Positions 1 through 10,955 of a stretch of 64,000 bases of DNA are shown here, piece by piece (position 1 is the stretch's first letter; every line of letters begins with the position of its first letter). The notes beneath the pieces were generated by a model that made no database searches, was not told the DNA's origin, and saw only the letters and a list, made by a program, of their open reading frames with translations. The stretch lies in assembly GCA_004431415.1 (NCBI GenBank), contig QPMI01000049.1, positions 1-64,000 of the forward strand, read 5' to 3'. This DNA is from Cyanophora paradoxa CCMP329 (taxonomy: Eukaryota > Plantae > Glaucophyta). The position numbers and the translations under genes were made by a program.

Positions 1-127
1 TGGCGCGCGTGGGCGGGCGGGCCCGCCTCGTCTGCAGGCGCTGCGCGCGCGGCCTCTTCGCCGACTTTCGCAGGATCCGCGACAGGGAGCTCACGGCAGT
101 ATTTCTAAGTCCTCCCCAAATTAAGAA

Positions 128-379
128 ATGGCCTCCCTGCTGTTCGATAGGGATATGTACCAATGCGCAACCATTTCGAGGGCATCTACCGCCTCGCGTG
201 CGCAGAGCAGTTCCGCGCCCGCACTACACGGACCACCGCACGCACGGGCTGAGCAGGCCGGGGGCCGCCAGCTGCTGCAGCACCACGGGGGCGCGGCGGC
301 GGAGCGCGACTGGTCGCCCTCTGGATTATAGCGGGGATCCTGTGGGTACCTCCTCTTCGACCAGTGTAATTCTCAGTGA
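128..379 (+). CDS. Small viral hypothetical protein with C-terminal hydrophobic segment (frameshifted)
   Basis: ATG at 128 follows ATTTCTAAG (101). Frame-corrected reading gives MASLLFDRDMY..NHFEGIYRLACAEQF...LVALWIIAGILW. Confidence 0.4.
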
Positions 380-390
380 TCCCGTACCCG

Positions 391-725
391 ATGTCTCGAT
401 CTGTCCCTTACTGGGCCCCAATTGATACGCAAATTGAGATGCTGCGCGCTCGCATGCAAAAGCTGACGCTCGAAGAGGATCCCACGGATGTGCCTGAGCT
501 GAAGGCGGGTTGGCCACGCTGCCGACGGATATCGTCGAGACATTCGCGATTGGGTGTACAGACTGCAGGACGAGGTCCGTGCACGGCTCTGGCAAATCGT
601 GATGGGCCAGAGGGCCGCGGCTACCGTAGCCTCGACGACCAGAGGGACGCGGCCATGCGCAGGTGGGAGAGGCAGTTCCCGAGACGTACGGGGGTGCGAA
701 CCCATATTTTTCTGGCGGTGGTTAA
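391..725 (+). CDS. Viral hypothetical protein (frameshifted)
   Basis: MSRSVPYWAPIDTQIEMLRARMQKLTLEEDP...YRLQDEVRARLWQIVMG, preceded by TAATTCTCAG at 367. Confidence 0.5.
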
Positions 726-728
726 GCT

Positions 729-992
729 ATGCCGGAGACGCAGAAGAGCCCGCGAAAAAGGCGCCCACGAACGGACAGGAGAAGCCGACAAAGGCGGAGG
801 TGAAGGAGGCGAAGGAGAAGCTGAAGGGCCCGCCCGAATTTCCAAAGGGGCCGAAGCCGCTGTACGAGGACGTCTCGCCCGGCGAAATATTCGTGGCGAT
901 GCGCCCGACGAAGCAGGGGAAGAAGGGGGGCGATAAGAAGGACGGGAAGGAAGACAAGGCCAAGACCGATAAAATTTCAAAGGCCACCCTAA
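729..992 (+). CDS. Small Lys-rich viral protein
   Basis: ATATTTTTCT at 704 then ATG at 729. K/E-rich reading EKPTKAEVKEAKEKLKGPPEFPKGPKPLYEDVSPGEIFVAMRP. Could instead be fused to its neighbours. Confidence 0.4.
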
Positions 993-1001
993 GAAGAGCA
1001 A

Positions 1002-2829
1002 ATGAGGGGCTCGCCTCGCGTTTCGCGCCCGCAACGTGCTGGCAGTCCGGGGGCGGGGACTCGCACATCACGCCCTTTGAGAGCGAGAAGTACGCGCGCT
1101 TCCAGCAGATGGCAAAGACGGCCTTGCACCGGTCCGACGACGTGCGTCGCATCGAGGATAGGCAAAAAGTCGATAAACTTGCAGAGGTAGAGGCGCAGGC
1201 AATTGCAAATGCGTACTACATCAACAAGTTCAAAGACATGGAACAGGAAATCGACGGAGAGTACGAGGAGGGCTTCCGCGCTTGGCTCATGGGCCAATCT
1301 GCCTTCACGTCTGGAACGAAAGCGCTGGGGCCGGCGCTGCGACGTGGACGGTAAGAATCTAACTGTTCTCCCGGCGTACGTGAATTTTGCATGTCGAAGG
1401 AAGACCAAGTCACGGAATTCTTGAAGCGCAAGAAGCGCCTTGAGACGCTCGGCCCGATGAACTCGATGATGCCTACTATTATTACAAGTACATCATCAAT
1501 GGCGAAGAGTTCAAACCCACTAGCATTTACGCACACGCAGCATTCCCCGATGGCAAGCCGCCCGATTATTCGGAGAAGAACACCTACAAACCCTTTGCCC
1601 AGGCCGATCCGCCGGACGAAGACGATGAAGGCCCCGGGCCCAACGAGAGTCGCCAGCGCGATGAACGTGCAGAGATCCGACGCCTGACCAAGAACCTCTC
1701 GCGGCTCAGCGGAATTTTAGAGAAGGAGAGGGACCAGCGTGCACGACTTACGCAACGCGACAATGATGCGTCGATGAGCGCGGCGCTCAGGCCCTTAACG
1801 GGAATGGCGCCAAGGAAGCGCTCATCCAGGCAGAGCTGCCGTACAAGAAGCCGAGCGTGGCCTTTCGCGCCCCCGCAGGCCAAGGCCGCCCCTGGCAACG
1901 GAGACGGCGATGTAGATATGGGCGATGGAGGGGGAGGCCCAGCGACGCGCCACCGAGGCCGCCGCAGACGCCCCACTGGCGCCCAGCCGGCCCTTCCAGC
2001 CCCGGCGACGGTGGCCAGGCCATCCGCGCCCCCGCGGAGCAGCAGCCCCCGCCCCGCCCCGCCCGAGCCGCAGGCGGGGCCCTCGCGCCCGCCAGAGGTG
2101 GTAGCGGCCGAGGCGGCGGCCACGGCTGCGGCCAACGCCGTCGCGCAAACTTTTGCCAGTGCCGGGGCTGCCCTCCCCCCGGCGGTGGCTGTACCCCAGC
2201 TCTTCGATCCCGGTCAGCGGCCCTCGTCACCGCGCGCACCCATCGAGAACCTCATCGACCCCAAGAGAAACGCAAGGGGGTTCGAAGCAGGGCACCGCGG
2301 CATCCATGCTTCTGCAGGGTTACAACAGGCGCACGGACATAGCCAGCGAACGGTTGGGACAGGGCCGCGAAGAAGTGCTCGCAAAGCGGCGCAGCGGCAC
2401 TGCGGAGCAGTACCGCGCCGTCGTAAGGGAAGACCATCGCCAGGAACTGGAGGCGGCGGTGGCCCGCCAGTTGCGATGGAAGAAGAGGCTGTGAATGAGG
2501 CTGTGCAGGCACTCGAGGCAAGCATCGCGAACGAAATCGAAATGGAAGATGCACCCGAGACTGCCGAACGTGAAGCCATCCAAATGGAGGAGGACCTCAA
2601 AGCGGCAAAGGTGAGAGTCGTGTTCGACGAGCTCGTGGCGAAGGTTCAGCGAGCCGACAATCTGGAAGAGTTCCAAAAGACGGAATTGAAGAAGAGGTTC
2701 GTGATAAAAGCAAAGATGCTGCTGGACTTGCCGAACGACATAATCGAGGCCGTTCCCGAAATTGCAATTCGAAAGTTCATGAGGGTGACTTCGACGCGCG
2801 TAGCCTGTACAAGGTTGCCGAGCAAGTGA
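1002..2829 (+). CDS. Large viral protein with conserved N-terminal domain and low-complexity/coiled-coil C-terminus (multiple homopolymer frameshifts)
   Basis: Corrected reading EGFRAWLMGQSAFN...WDGKNLTVLPGVREFC...LETLGPDELDDAYYYYKYIING. I recall this motif pattern from mriyavirus-like conserved proteins (not verified). The acidic coiled-coil end lies directly upstream of the MCP. Confidence 0.6.
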
Positions 2830-2877
2830 AACGGGCTGGCGGTGCCTCGTAAAATTTTCTCAACGCACCCCTAAACC

Positions 2878-4320
2878 ATGGCTTCCGCGCTCATCTCCGC
2901 CCCCACCACCGCCCTCGCGCAGTCGCTCCTGAGCTCGAACTCGTCCGTGCACGTGAACGACTCCTTCGACACCGCGACGCCCTTCGTGGACGAGGTGCTG
3001 GAGGTCAGCCCGTCCAGAGCGGCATCAGCTTCGGTCAGACCCTCGATTTCATCATCCCGCACTCGGCGCCCCTCATCAACGATATTTGGCTCAAGGTTAA
3101 GCTGCCTGCGGTGGCCTCCGGGAAGATTTACCTCCCGAAGGCCGGCCTCATCCTGCTGAAGAAGGTGAAGGTTTTCGTGGGCACGCAGCTCGTCCACGAG
3201 TACGAGGGCGCCTACGATGCCATCTACGACGAGCTCGAGCAGGATCGTTCCGTTCCGCACACGGTCAACCTGATCAACGAGTGCTGGGCGACACAGGTTC
3301 TGCTGCGCCGCTCCCAGCGGGCGCAGGTGCTTCACATCCCGCTCCGCGTTCTCACCGGTTACGGTCGCAAGTTCGCCGTGCCCTCTATAAGCTCCGCGGC
3401 TCGGGCAACGACCTCAAGATTCAGATCACGTACGCGAGCCACAAGGATGTTACGGCCACCTGGGTCACCACCGGAATCCACACCGACAGTGGCCTGACGG
3501 CGACCACCGACCTCGATTCGAAGCTCGTGCTGCGCTACACCCACGTGAGCCCGTACGAGCTCAGCCTCCACCCCAACAGCGTCACGTGGGCTGGCAAGTA
3601 CATGCAGTCGTACAACGTAAAGTTCACGAGCGGCACGAGCTTCCGCCTGCCGTTCACTGGCGTCTGCTACGAGATGGTAATTGTCGTACGCGACGGCGCC
3701 GCGACGGACCAGGGTACAACTTCTGGAAGTTCCGCCCCTTGAGCAAAATCGACCTCAAGTGCGATAACATCAAGGCGCTCGACAGCTCTATTCACGACGC
3801 GCATTTCCTGCGCACCGCCATCGCGAACCGCGAGCACCGCAACGTGCCCACGCGCAAGTACCTCGAGCTGCTGCAGGGCTTCGCCGACAACACCGACGCC
3901 AACGGCGCAAAGGCCCTGGCGGAGGCGGCCGATACGACGTACGGTACCAACGAGGTTTCCATCATTAATGCGCTGCGCAATGCCCTTCACCCGCACCCGT
4001 GGTCGGGCAACGACACCGCCATCACCACCCTTGACACCCAGGATTACAACAACAGCGACATCATGCCAGCGGTGCAGAACGGCGCGGCAACCGCCGCCTC
4101 CGCTCAGTACGGCACCGAATTCATCTACGCTATTCCCTTCGGCACCGAGGTGGCAGACGACACGAAGATGTTCGGCGGCCTCGACTTCGGCGCCTTCAAG
4201 ACGATCGAGCTCACGCTCACCACGGCGGGGACGCTGACGACGCCGATCGCCGATATCTACTGCCGCTACTACAACGAGATCAGCTTCATCAACGGCGGCG
4301 CCTACCGCCGCTTCCATTAG
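2878..4320 (+). CDS. Major capsid protein, NCLDV-type double jelly roll (~480 aa, several frameshifts)
   Basis: Joined frames give FGQTLDFIIPHSAPLINDIWLKVKLP, LLKKVKVFVGTQLVHEYEG, LHIPLRVLTG..AVPLYKL, FRLPFTGVCYEMVIVVR, IYAIPFG...GGLDFGAFKTIELTLT and IYCRYYNEISFINGG. These follow the order of Capsid_N/Capsid_NCLDV motifs (FG...GDL...L...LP; IGGQ.ID; LYIPL.F....ALPL.AL; NHPVKEL; YSF...PSG..NFSRI; YA.NYNVLRI..G). Confidence 0.9.
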
Positions 4321-4411
4321 ATTGCCAGCTAGCCAGAGTGTGAGAGGGGGCGAGCCTCGGTCGCCGATGTGAACCAATAAATTTTCCCACTGGGATCCTA
4401 ACCGAGGCACG

Positions 4412-5527
4412 ATGACGAAGGGCCATTCCATGATGGACATCGGGGAGGGCTCTAAGAAGCAGCGCCAGTCGCTGAAGAACGACCTGAAGGGCGAGGTGAC
4501 GGGCATCATTGAGAAGTATGCGCCGGCACGATCCTACCCGAGGTGCACGTCACAGATCCGGGCAAGGCGGACATCTACACGCCGGAGGATCAGGCGCGGG
4601 GCCTCGGGTTGACGGCCCTTCCCACGAAGACCCTGCCCGCGATGAAGTACACCCCGCAGATGGAGAAGCTGATGCGGATGGGCATTCGGCAGCAGCTGCA
4701 GAATGCCTATCCCAACCGCCAGATCAACGAAGAGGACGTCGAGAATGCGTTCGCGCTGCGGAAGGAAATCATGATTCGCGATTTCGACCAGTGGGCCATG
4801 ACGGCCTTCGACCTGAAGCAGCCCGGCGTGGCTAAAATGCTCGAGGAATATTACCCGAGCTGCTCGAGCGAATTACGAACATGATCGAGCAGGATATCGA
4901 AATTCAGCGTTTCGATAAGTACCAGAAGGTTTTCTTCCCGATGAACTACGACGATCTCGTCATGAAGTGGGCACGCGAGCGCGGCTGGATCAAGACGATG
5001 GAAGAAATCGAGAAGGAGAACCTGCTGGGGCCCGCCGGGCGCTACGGCCCCGTCGATGCTGCCGGCAAGGGCGGCTTCCGCGCCGGCTACACGCCCGACC
5101 TCTCGCCCATGTTCAACGCGCAGACGGCGAACATCAGCAGCGAGCACAACAGGCCGTACGGACGGAACGACGTCGACTTCAGCAAGGGCAATCCCTTCGG
5201 AGCAATGCTCATGGACCAGCAAGGCACGCGGGCCCTGCGCTGCCGACGGCATGGCCGTATGCGGACCAGAATCTGCTGCCGAGGGTGGTGAACCCCAACA
5301 ATCGCGTAGGGAAAGACTTTACAACCTCGGATCAGCGCGAAGCTCTCAACCAGGTGCGACAGGAGGGTACTGTCGCAGGGATGGAAACCGACGATCAGTT
5401 CGACATCCAAAAGGCATTCCAAGCCATGGTCGTGGAGACTCAGGACAGACAGAAGAACATCCGACGGGAAACCAACGCACGCATGGCGGAAATGTACCAA
5501 AAGGCGGCGGCATCCCTGGCCCGCTAA
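4412..5527 (+). CDS. Conserved viral protein downstream of MCP (frameshifted, ~370 aa)
   Basis: Four overlapping ORF pieces join via 1-nt indels. Core FDQWAMTAFDLKQPGVAKMLEEYYPELLERITNMIEQDIEIQ...DDLVMKWARERG; recalled as a mriyavirus-like core gene pattern (unverified). Confidence 0.65.
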
Positions 5528-5549
5528 TTTCTAAAGCCCCCTTAGCGAC

Positions 5550-5879
5550 ATGGCAGCGACGGAGGCGACGCTGGGCGAGCAGATCGAGGCGCGCTGGGGC
5601 CGCTTCCTCGACCTGCTGGAGCCGGAGGCCAAGGAGCCGGGGGTGCGGGCGCAGATCCAGTCGCTGCGCGGCATAGGCGCCACGGCGGTCATCGTTCTCT
5701 TTAGGAGGCACATCAACGCGGAGGCCGAATTAATTAAGGCGCGGGACGACGGAGTTTTCGAGAAGCTGCCGCAGGAGTACGCCTCGGCCGTGCGCTCGCT
5801 CTTCTACGGGAGCGGGCCCGAGCTGCGCGAGAAACTGTGGCTTTACATCGAGCTCTTCGTCGAGCTGACGTCGGAGTAA
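5550..5879 (+). CDS. Small helical protein resembling a conserved NCLDV family (F...I..RD...F...K.W.Y...L)
   Basis: Intact 109-aa ORF with RFLDLL...FRRHINAEAELIKARDDGVF...REKLWLYIELFVEL; upstream TAATTTCTAAAG at 5526. Confidence 0.7.
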   Translation: MAATEATLGEQIEARWGRFLDLLEPEAKEPGVRAQIQSLRGIGATAVIVLFRRHINAEAELIKARDDGVFEKLPQEYASAVRSLFYGSGPELREKLWLYIELFVELTSE

Positions 5880-5914
5880 AAATCCGAGGAAATTTCTAAG
5901 GGGCAAGCGTAACC

Positions 5915-6717
5915 ATGGACCCCTCGGCGATGCTGGGCTTCGACGCGCTGGCCGTGGACGGGCCGAACCCGGTGGGGATCCCGCAGCCTCGGAAGAAGGG
6001 CCGCCCCGCGAAGGAAGGCAAGGAAAAGGGCGAGAAGGCGCCGAAGGCCGACAAGACGTCGCTACCGGGCGACGGGCCCACGGTGCCGCCGACGGCGCCG
6101 AGCAAGGGCGCGAGCTTCAGCGTGCAGGAGCACATCGAAATGACGAAGAAGAAGGAGCAGAGCGTGAAAAAGGCGCTGGGGATCGACCTGCAGGAGAGGC
6201 CGCGCGACGAGGCGCAGGTGGACGTGGACGAGAAGAAGCAGGTTCTGCGGCAGATCGCGCAGTACAGGCGCTCGTTCGGGGCGAGCTGACGTCCACGAAG
6301 AAGCTGAGCCTCGCCACGCCGCTGGACGAGCTGAAGGAAGAGTACGAGGAAATTCAGCGCGAGCTGAGCACGCGGGGTTCGCTGGAGGCGGCGCGCCTCT
6401 TTCTGATCGCGGGCATGCACTCGCTGGAGCACCTTAACAAAGCGTACGATCCGATCGGCCTGAAGTTAGACGGGCTCGGGCAGGCGACGCTCTCTTCCAT
6501 GGACCAGGTGCAGCCGATCTTAGAGGAGCTGGTGATTAAGTACTCGCGCTACGTGACCCTGGGGCCCGAGGCGCGCCTGGGGATGGCCCTGGTGCAGACG
6601 GTGCTGGCGGTGCACGCGGCCAACGCGAACCCGGAGATGATGAAGGAGGTGACGGAGGCGGCGGCCTCGACGGCGGCGGAGCCCAGGGCGGTGGGCGGCA
6701 AGTTCAACGGCCTCTGA
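5915..6717 (+). CDS. DUF5767-like conserved NCLDV protein (one frameshift near 6285)
   Basis: ELKEEYEEI...SLEHLNKAYDPIGLKLDGL...ILEELVIKY...GPEARLGMALVQTVLAVHAAN matches the NCLDV pattern E.LN..FDP...KLDG...EL..KY...PE..L...H..N. Confidence 0.7.
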
Positions 6718-6758
6718 TTGTAAACGCTTGTAATCAATTGCACCAGAGAATTTACAAT

Positions 6759-7552
6759 TTATTCGTCTAAACTACTGCATGGGGTGGTGTACATAGACTC
6801 GGGGTTTAGGTAGGGCTCGAAATCGGCCTCGTTGTCGTAGGGCTTGAAGGCCAGCTCGGGCGTGCGGCCGGCGAAGCGAAAGGCGCCGACCTTGCACTGC
6901 TGCACGGCGAGGAAGGACCACTTGAGGCCGAACTTGCCCTCGGGATGGCGTAGGCGGTGTCGATTTTAACGAGGGCCGCCACCAGGTCTCCGGTGCCGAT
7001 GGTGGCGCGCTCGGTGATGAGGTAGTTGGACATGTCGACGACTGGGATCGTCTTGCGCTTGCCCGCCATCGTCTGCGTGCGGATGCGCATGTTGAGGTAC
7101 TTGTAGAAGGCCTGGCCCGACTCCTTGTCGACCTTGATGCGCACGCTGGGCGTCTGCAGCACCGAGATCTGATCCTTGGAGAGGGCGCGCCCGGGCGAGA
7201 CCTTGAGCTTGGCCTGGTTCTGCTGCACGAACTCGCAGAATTTCGCGTCCAGGGCCTCCAGCAGCTTGAGGAACTCGTCCGCGGCTGGGTTCGTCTGGCC
7301 GTCGACGGCGCTGAGATCGGTGAGGTCCAGCGTGTAAAATCCGCCGTTTTCTTCCATGACGAAGGCCTTCTTCTCGTCGCTCCACGCCTTGCCTTGCTCG
7401 GTGTTGATGCACGGGTTGATCGTGACCATGGGCGGCGCGTACATCATGAGGCCCTGCAGGCCGTCGTACTTGGCCTTGATGCGGCCGTTGGCATCGATTT
7501 CGAAGGCGAGCTTGGCGGGGTCGATCTCGGTGGCGTTGCGGACGGTGGCCAT
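6759..7552 (-). CDS. ssDNA-binding protein, NCLDV DUF2738 / T7 gp2.5-like OB fold (frameshift near 6942)
   Basis: YTLDL...EFLKLLEALDAKFCEFV...IPVVD...GDLVAALVKIDTAYAIP then EGKFGLKWSFLAVQ and an acidic/aromatic tail (YDNEADFEPY). Confidence 0.75.
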
Positions 7553-7617
7553 GTTGTCTGAGCTTAGTGTGCGATCAGCCTAGCGCTAGAAAATATTTAA
7601 GGCCGCCCCACCTGACT

Positions 7618-7956
7618 TCAGGCTGACCTCGGGTGAGCGCTCAGGTGATTCAGGTAAAACACGTGTTCAATTCGTCTCACTGGGGAGGGGAGAGCCTCAA
7701 TCACGGCTACGCGAATATTCGAGAGTCTAAATCTGGCGCTGGGGCTGGCGACGGCGTACAGGGTGATCTCGTTCTTGGCGGGATTGAGCATGATGTGCTG
7801 GAAGCAGTCGCCCTTGCGGCACTCCAGCGAGATGTTGCGCAGCAGCCTGCAGTAGTTGAAGCAGATCTCGCCGTTCTCGTCGAGATCCTCGTCCATGGCC
7901 TCGTACTCGAAGATGCCGAAGGTCAGGCAGCAGGTCTCGTACTTGGGGGCGCACAT
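7618..7956 (-). CDS. Small Cys-rich viral hypothetical protein
   Basis: Intact 112-aa ORF with coding-like GC3 bias, co-oriented with the SSB. Confidence 0.55.
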   Translation of the reverse strand: MCAPKYETCCLTFGIFEYEAMDEDLDENGEICFNYCRLLRNISLECRKGDCFQHIMLNPAKNEITLYAVASPSARFRLSNIRVAVIEALPSPVRRIEHVFYLNHLSAHPRSA

Positions 7957-8053
7957 TCTTGATTTCTCTTGGCTGTGAAGTGTGAGCGAGGGCGCGGCGC
8001 GGCTGCGGTTTTGAGGCCGTTCAGGTGAGGGTCAGGTGAGCGCTCACCTGAAG

Positions 8054-9508
8054 AGGGGGGGGGAAGTGACGCGGACGCGAATACGTCATAGTCGAATACG
8101 TCATAGTCCAAAACCTGGACTCGGGACTCGGCCCAGGCCCCGCCGGTAAAAAAATAAGCTCGGACTTGGCGCCATTTTCTGAACCCCGGCTAGCTGCTTA
8201 ATCCAGTACCATGGAGCCCGCCATCTCCCAGCTAGTCTCCCAGGGCGCCAAGCTCGACAAGGCCCTCAGTATCTACCTTCAGCTGATCGAGCTGGCCTGG
8301 CCGGAGCCAATGATAGCTCAGGCCTGCAAATCGCTCCACGTGGCGTTCGATGCGCCGTTCTCAGGTGACCCGACTCAGATGACATCCTGGACCAAGGAGG
8401 AGATAAAAGCCGACTTCGAGGCGCTTTTCTCATTTATGAGCAAGAAGTATGCCGAAATCGAAGCAGCTAAAGCCGCAGCCGCAGCCGAAGACGAAGGCGC
8501 AGAAGGCACCGAAGCCTCAGCCGAAGGCCCTGCCGGCGACGAAGGCACCGAAGTTCAAGGCGCTGGGCCCTCTGCAGAAGGCCAAGGCCAAGGCCGACCT
8601 GCTTCCGCGTAGGCCCAAGGACATAGCCAAGGAGGCCAGCAGCCACAGGCCCGACTGGCCGGCGCCGGCGCCCTACCGCTACCTCAAGCTGGACAAGCGC
8701 AACGATACCGGCTTCACCAGGAGGAGGTGGCCTGAGCCCCTTCGGTGGCTGAAGCCAAGGGAGATCAAGTCTGGAGGCGGTATCGAGCTAGCGCTAGCGC
8801 TAGGAGGAGGCGGTGCAGACTTAGAGGAGCAGGCGCTGCTAGATACCATCAACTTGGGCAGGGTAGAGCTGAGCTAGCTAGCTGGTATCGATATCTAGCT
8901 AGCCTAGCGCTAGCCCAGTGCTTAATTAATTAACTGAAAGGTTGCGGAGGTTGCGGACGCGTCACAAATACGTCATAGTCGAATACGTCATAGTCCAAAA
9001 CCTGGACTCGGGACTCGGCCCGGGCCCTGCCGGTAAAAAAAAGAGACTTGAACAAAAACACCGTACCCCGGTATTTAACTTGAAATCATCATGACATCAT
9101 GTTCAAGTTGCTATGACATTAACTACATTCAAAAGCAATGAATGCAATAGTGTAGTCAAGCGATCGCGAAAGGATAGCGATAGGATCGGGATAGGATAGG
9201 TGACACGATAACGATAAGATAAGCTTGCAGATAACAGGGGTACAGTATTATTATTTGAAACTTGGCGAGAGTCTGGGCCCAGGTCCCAAGTCCAGGTTTT
9301 GGACTATGACGTATTCGACTATGACGTATTTGTGACGCGTCCGCAACCTCCGCAACCTTTCAATTGGACATTTGGACATTTGGACATTTGGACATTTGGA
9401 CATAACATGTACCCCCCTCCCCAGGGCCCGGGCCGAGTCCCGAGTCCAGGTTTTGGACTATGACGTATTCGACTATGACGTATTCGCGTCCGCGTCACTT
9501 CTCCCCCC
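8054..9508. repeat. Nested inverted-repeat locus: four copies of core AATACGTCATAGTCGAATACGTCATAGTCCAAAACCTGGACT (two +, two -)
   Basis: 8063-8134 is the reverse complement of ~9429-9501. 8935-9008 is the perfect reverse complement of 9289-9362. (TTGGACAT)x5 lies at 9364-9403. Confidence 0.95.
8211..8877 (+). CDS. Viral hypothetical protein (stop at 8612, or frameshifted to 8877)
   Basis: MEPAISQLVSQGAKLDKALSIYLQLIELAW...; CATTTTCTGAA at 8172; lies between the two direct copies of the repeat core. Confidence 0.55.
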
Positions 9509-9565
9509 ATCCTACGTTCGCAGCCGCCGGGCACCTCCCACAATTTTCCGAGGTACCCAGCAAGC

Positions 9566-9858
9566 ATGGACTTTACTGACTGCGCAGGTATCAAGCAGGA
9601 GCCCGAGGACCTTCTCTCCGCCGCCGCCGCCGCCTCCGCCCCCAAGCAGCGCCGCCGCCGCGGGCCCAAGTCCCTTAGCTCCGAGCCCGAGATCCTGGCG
9701 ACGCCGGCCCGCGAGCCAGAGACCGTGGACTTGACCCTGGAGGAGCCCGCGCGCGGCCCGCCGCGCCTTCTGATCCTGGCCGCCGCGGCCGCCGCGCTCT
9801 ACTACGCCGCCGGCGCCTGGGCCCGCAGCTCTCGGGCCTGGCCCGGAACCTTTTCTAA
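9566..9858 (+). CDS. Small viral protein with NLS-like basic patch and C-terminal transmembrane segment
   Basis: PKQRRRRGPK and LLILAAAAAALYYAAGAW; upstream CAATTTTCC at 9541. Confidence 0.5.
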
Positions 9859-9868
9859 GTCTTGCCCA

Positions 9869-10209
9869 ATGGAGGCCCTGCTAGATCTCATGGCCTTTGC
9901 GCTGCCGATCTTCTTCCTGGTGGGCCTCAGCCGCATGGAGCGCGAGGCGCGCCAGCCCGAGCGCGTCGAGCGCGGCCTCACCCCGAAGAGCAGCGCGGCC
10001 TCACCGAGTGGGACCTGGCGCTCATGGCCGGCCGCATGCTCAACGGCGATCGGCTCGAGGCGGGCCACCGCCTCAAGCTAGAGGACGGCGGCACGGCCGT
10101 CTGGACGGGCGAGGCCTGGACGCACGACTCGACGGGCGAGCCGATGAAGCTGCTCGCCTCCGGCAACAAGTACTGGCGCGGCGACTCGATGGAGTACCGG
10201 CGCCCGTGA
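9869..10209 (+). CDS. Small viral protein with N-terminal hydrophobic segment (one frameshift)
   Basis: MEALLDLMAFALPIFFLVGL...EEQRGLTEWDLALMAGRMLNGD...KYWRGDSMEYRRP; TTTTCTAAG at 9851. Confidence 0.6.
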
Positions 10210-10235
10210 TTTTCTAGCCCTTCTACCAGCAAAGA

Positions 10236-10520
10236 ATGGCTGACCCCTCGCCCGACCCGGCCGCAGGCGTCGAGAGCGCTGGCAGCTCGGACGAGTACTC
10301 GGAGCTCTCGGATCCGGATCCCGACGAGCCCTCCGACGCCTTCGCGACCGAGAACGAGCGCTCCCTCATGCGCATCTACGAGTCCCTGCGCGAAGCTATC
10401 TACTGGGAGGACCCGCGCCTAGGGACCCTCATGAACTTCTCCAAGTTTGCCGAGTTCATGTTCGCTATGACCGTGCCCTTTACCCGAGTCGTGCTCTGGG
10501 ATAGGAACAGGAACTGGTAG
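10236..10520 (+). CDS. Small acidic viral protein
   Basis: Intact 94-aa ORF. The acidic N-terminus followed by L..IY..L...FSKFAEFMF is reminiscent of small phycodnavirus hypotheticals (recalled, unverified). GATTTTCTAG at 10208. Confidence 0.65.
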   Translation: MADPSPDPAAGVESAGSSDEYSELSDPDPDEPSDAFATENERSLMRIYESLREAIYWEDPRLGTLMNFSKFAEFMFAMTVPFTRVVLWDRNRNW

Positions 10521-10537
10521 TATTGAGTACAGAGCCC

Positions 10538-10939
10538 TACGAGCTAGAGCTGCTATCGCCCGAGTCCAGGCGCGCCTTCTTGGCCTTGGAGCGGCGGAGG
10601 CGGGAGACGTACTGCAGGCGCAGGTTGCGCACGAGCAGCTCGCCGGCCGTGGTGCCCGGCAGCCCGGGAACCGCGTCCGTGGGCAGCAGCTGGCCCTCGC
10701 GTATCGCCTTGTACGTCTTGCGCTTGTTGAATGCAACCTTCTCCGTATCTTCCGTGCCGTCGTACTCGGACGTGGGAAGGAACTGCGAGGCGGTCTTGGG
10801 GACTTCTAGAACCAGCGCGCGCTTGGCCTTCTTGACGGAGACTGCGTTCGCGCGCTCCAGCTTGACGCCGGGCTCCAGGGGGTAGCGGCGACTTCGTTCT
10901 CAGCGAAGGAGACACGGGGGAAGAGCCGCCGCGGGGCAT
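10538..10939 (-). CDS. Basic viral hypothetical protein (frameshifted)
   Basis: Corrected frame RRYPLEPGVKLERANAVSVKKAKRALVLEVPK...LRRSKAKKARLDSGDSSSSS; upstream CTATTTTCTAAA on the minus strand. Confidence 0.55.
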
Positions 10940-10955
10940 GGTTCGCTCGCTTTAC

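Noticed and set aside
1-110. CxxC fragment (LVCRRCARG) as a VLTF2-like zinc finger
   Set aside because: Too short and cut by the window edge to assign.
2878-4320. Programmed ribosomal frameshifting or a split capsid gene
   Set aside because: Frameshifts are scattered across most viral genes at short homopolymers and differ between duplicate copies; error or decay is the simpler explanation.
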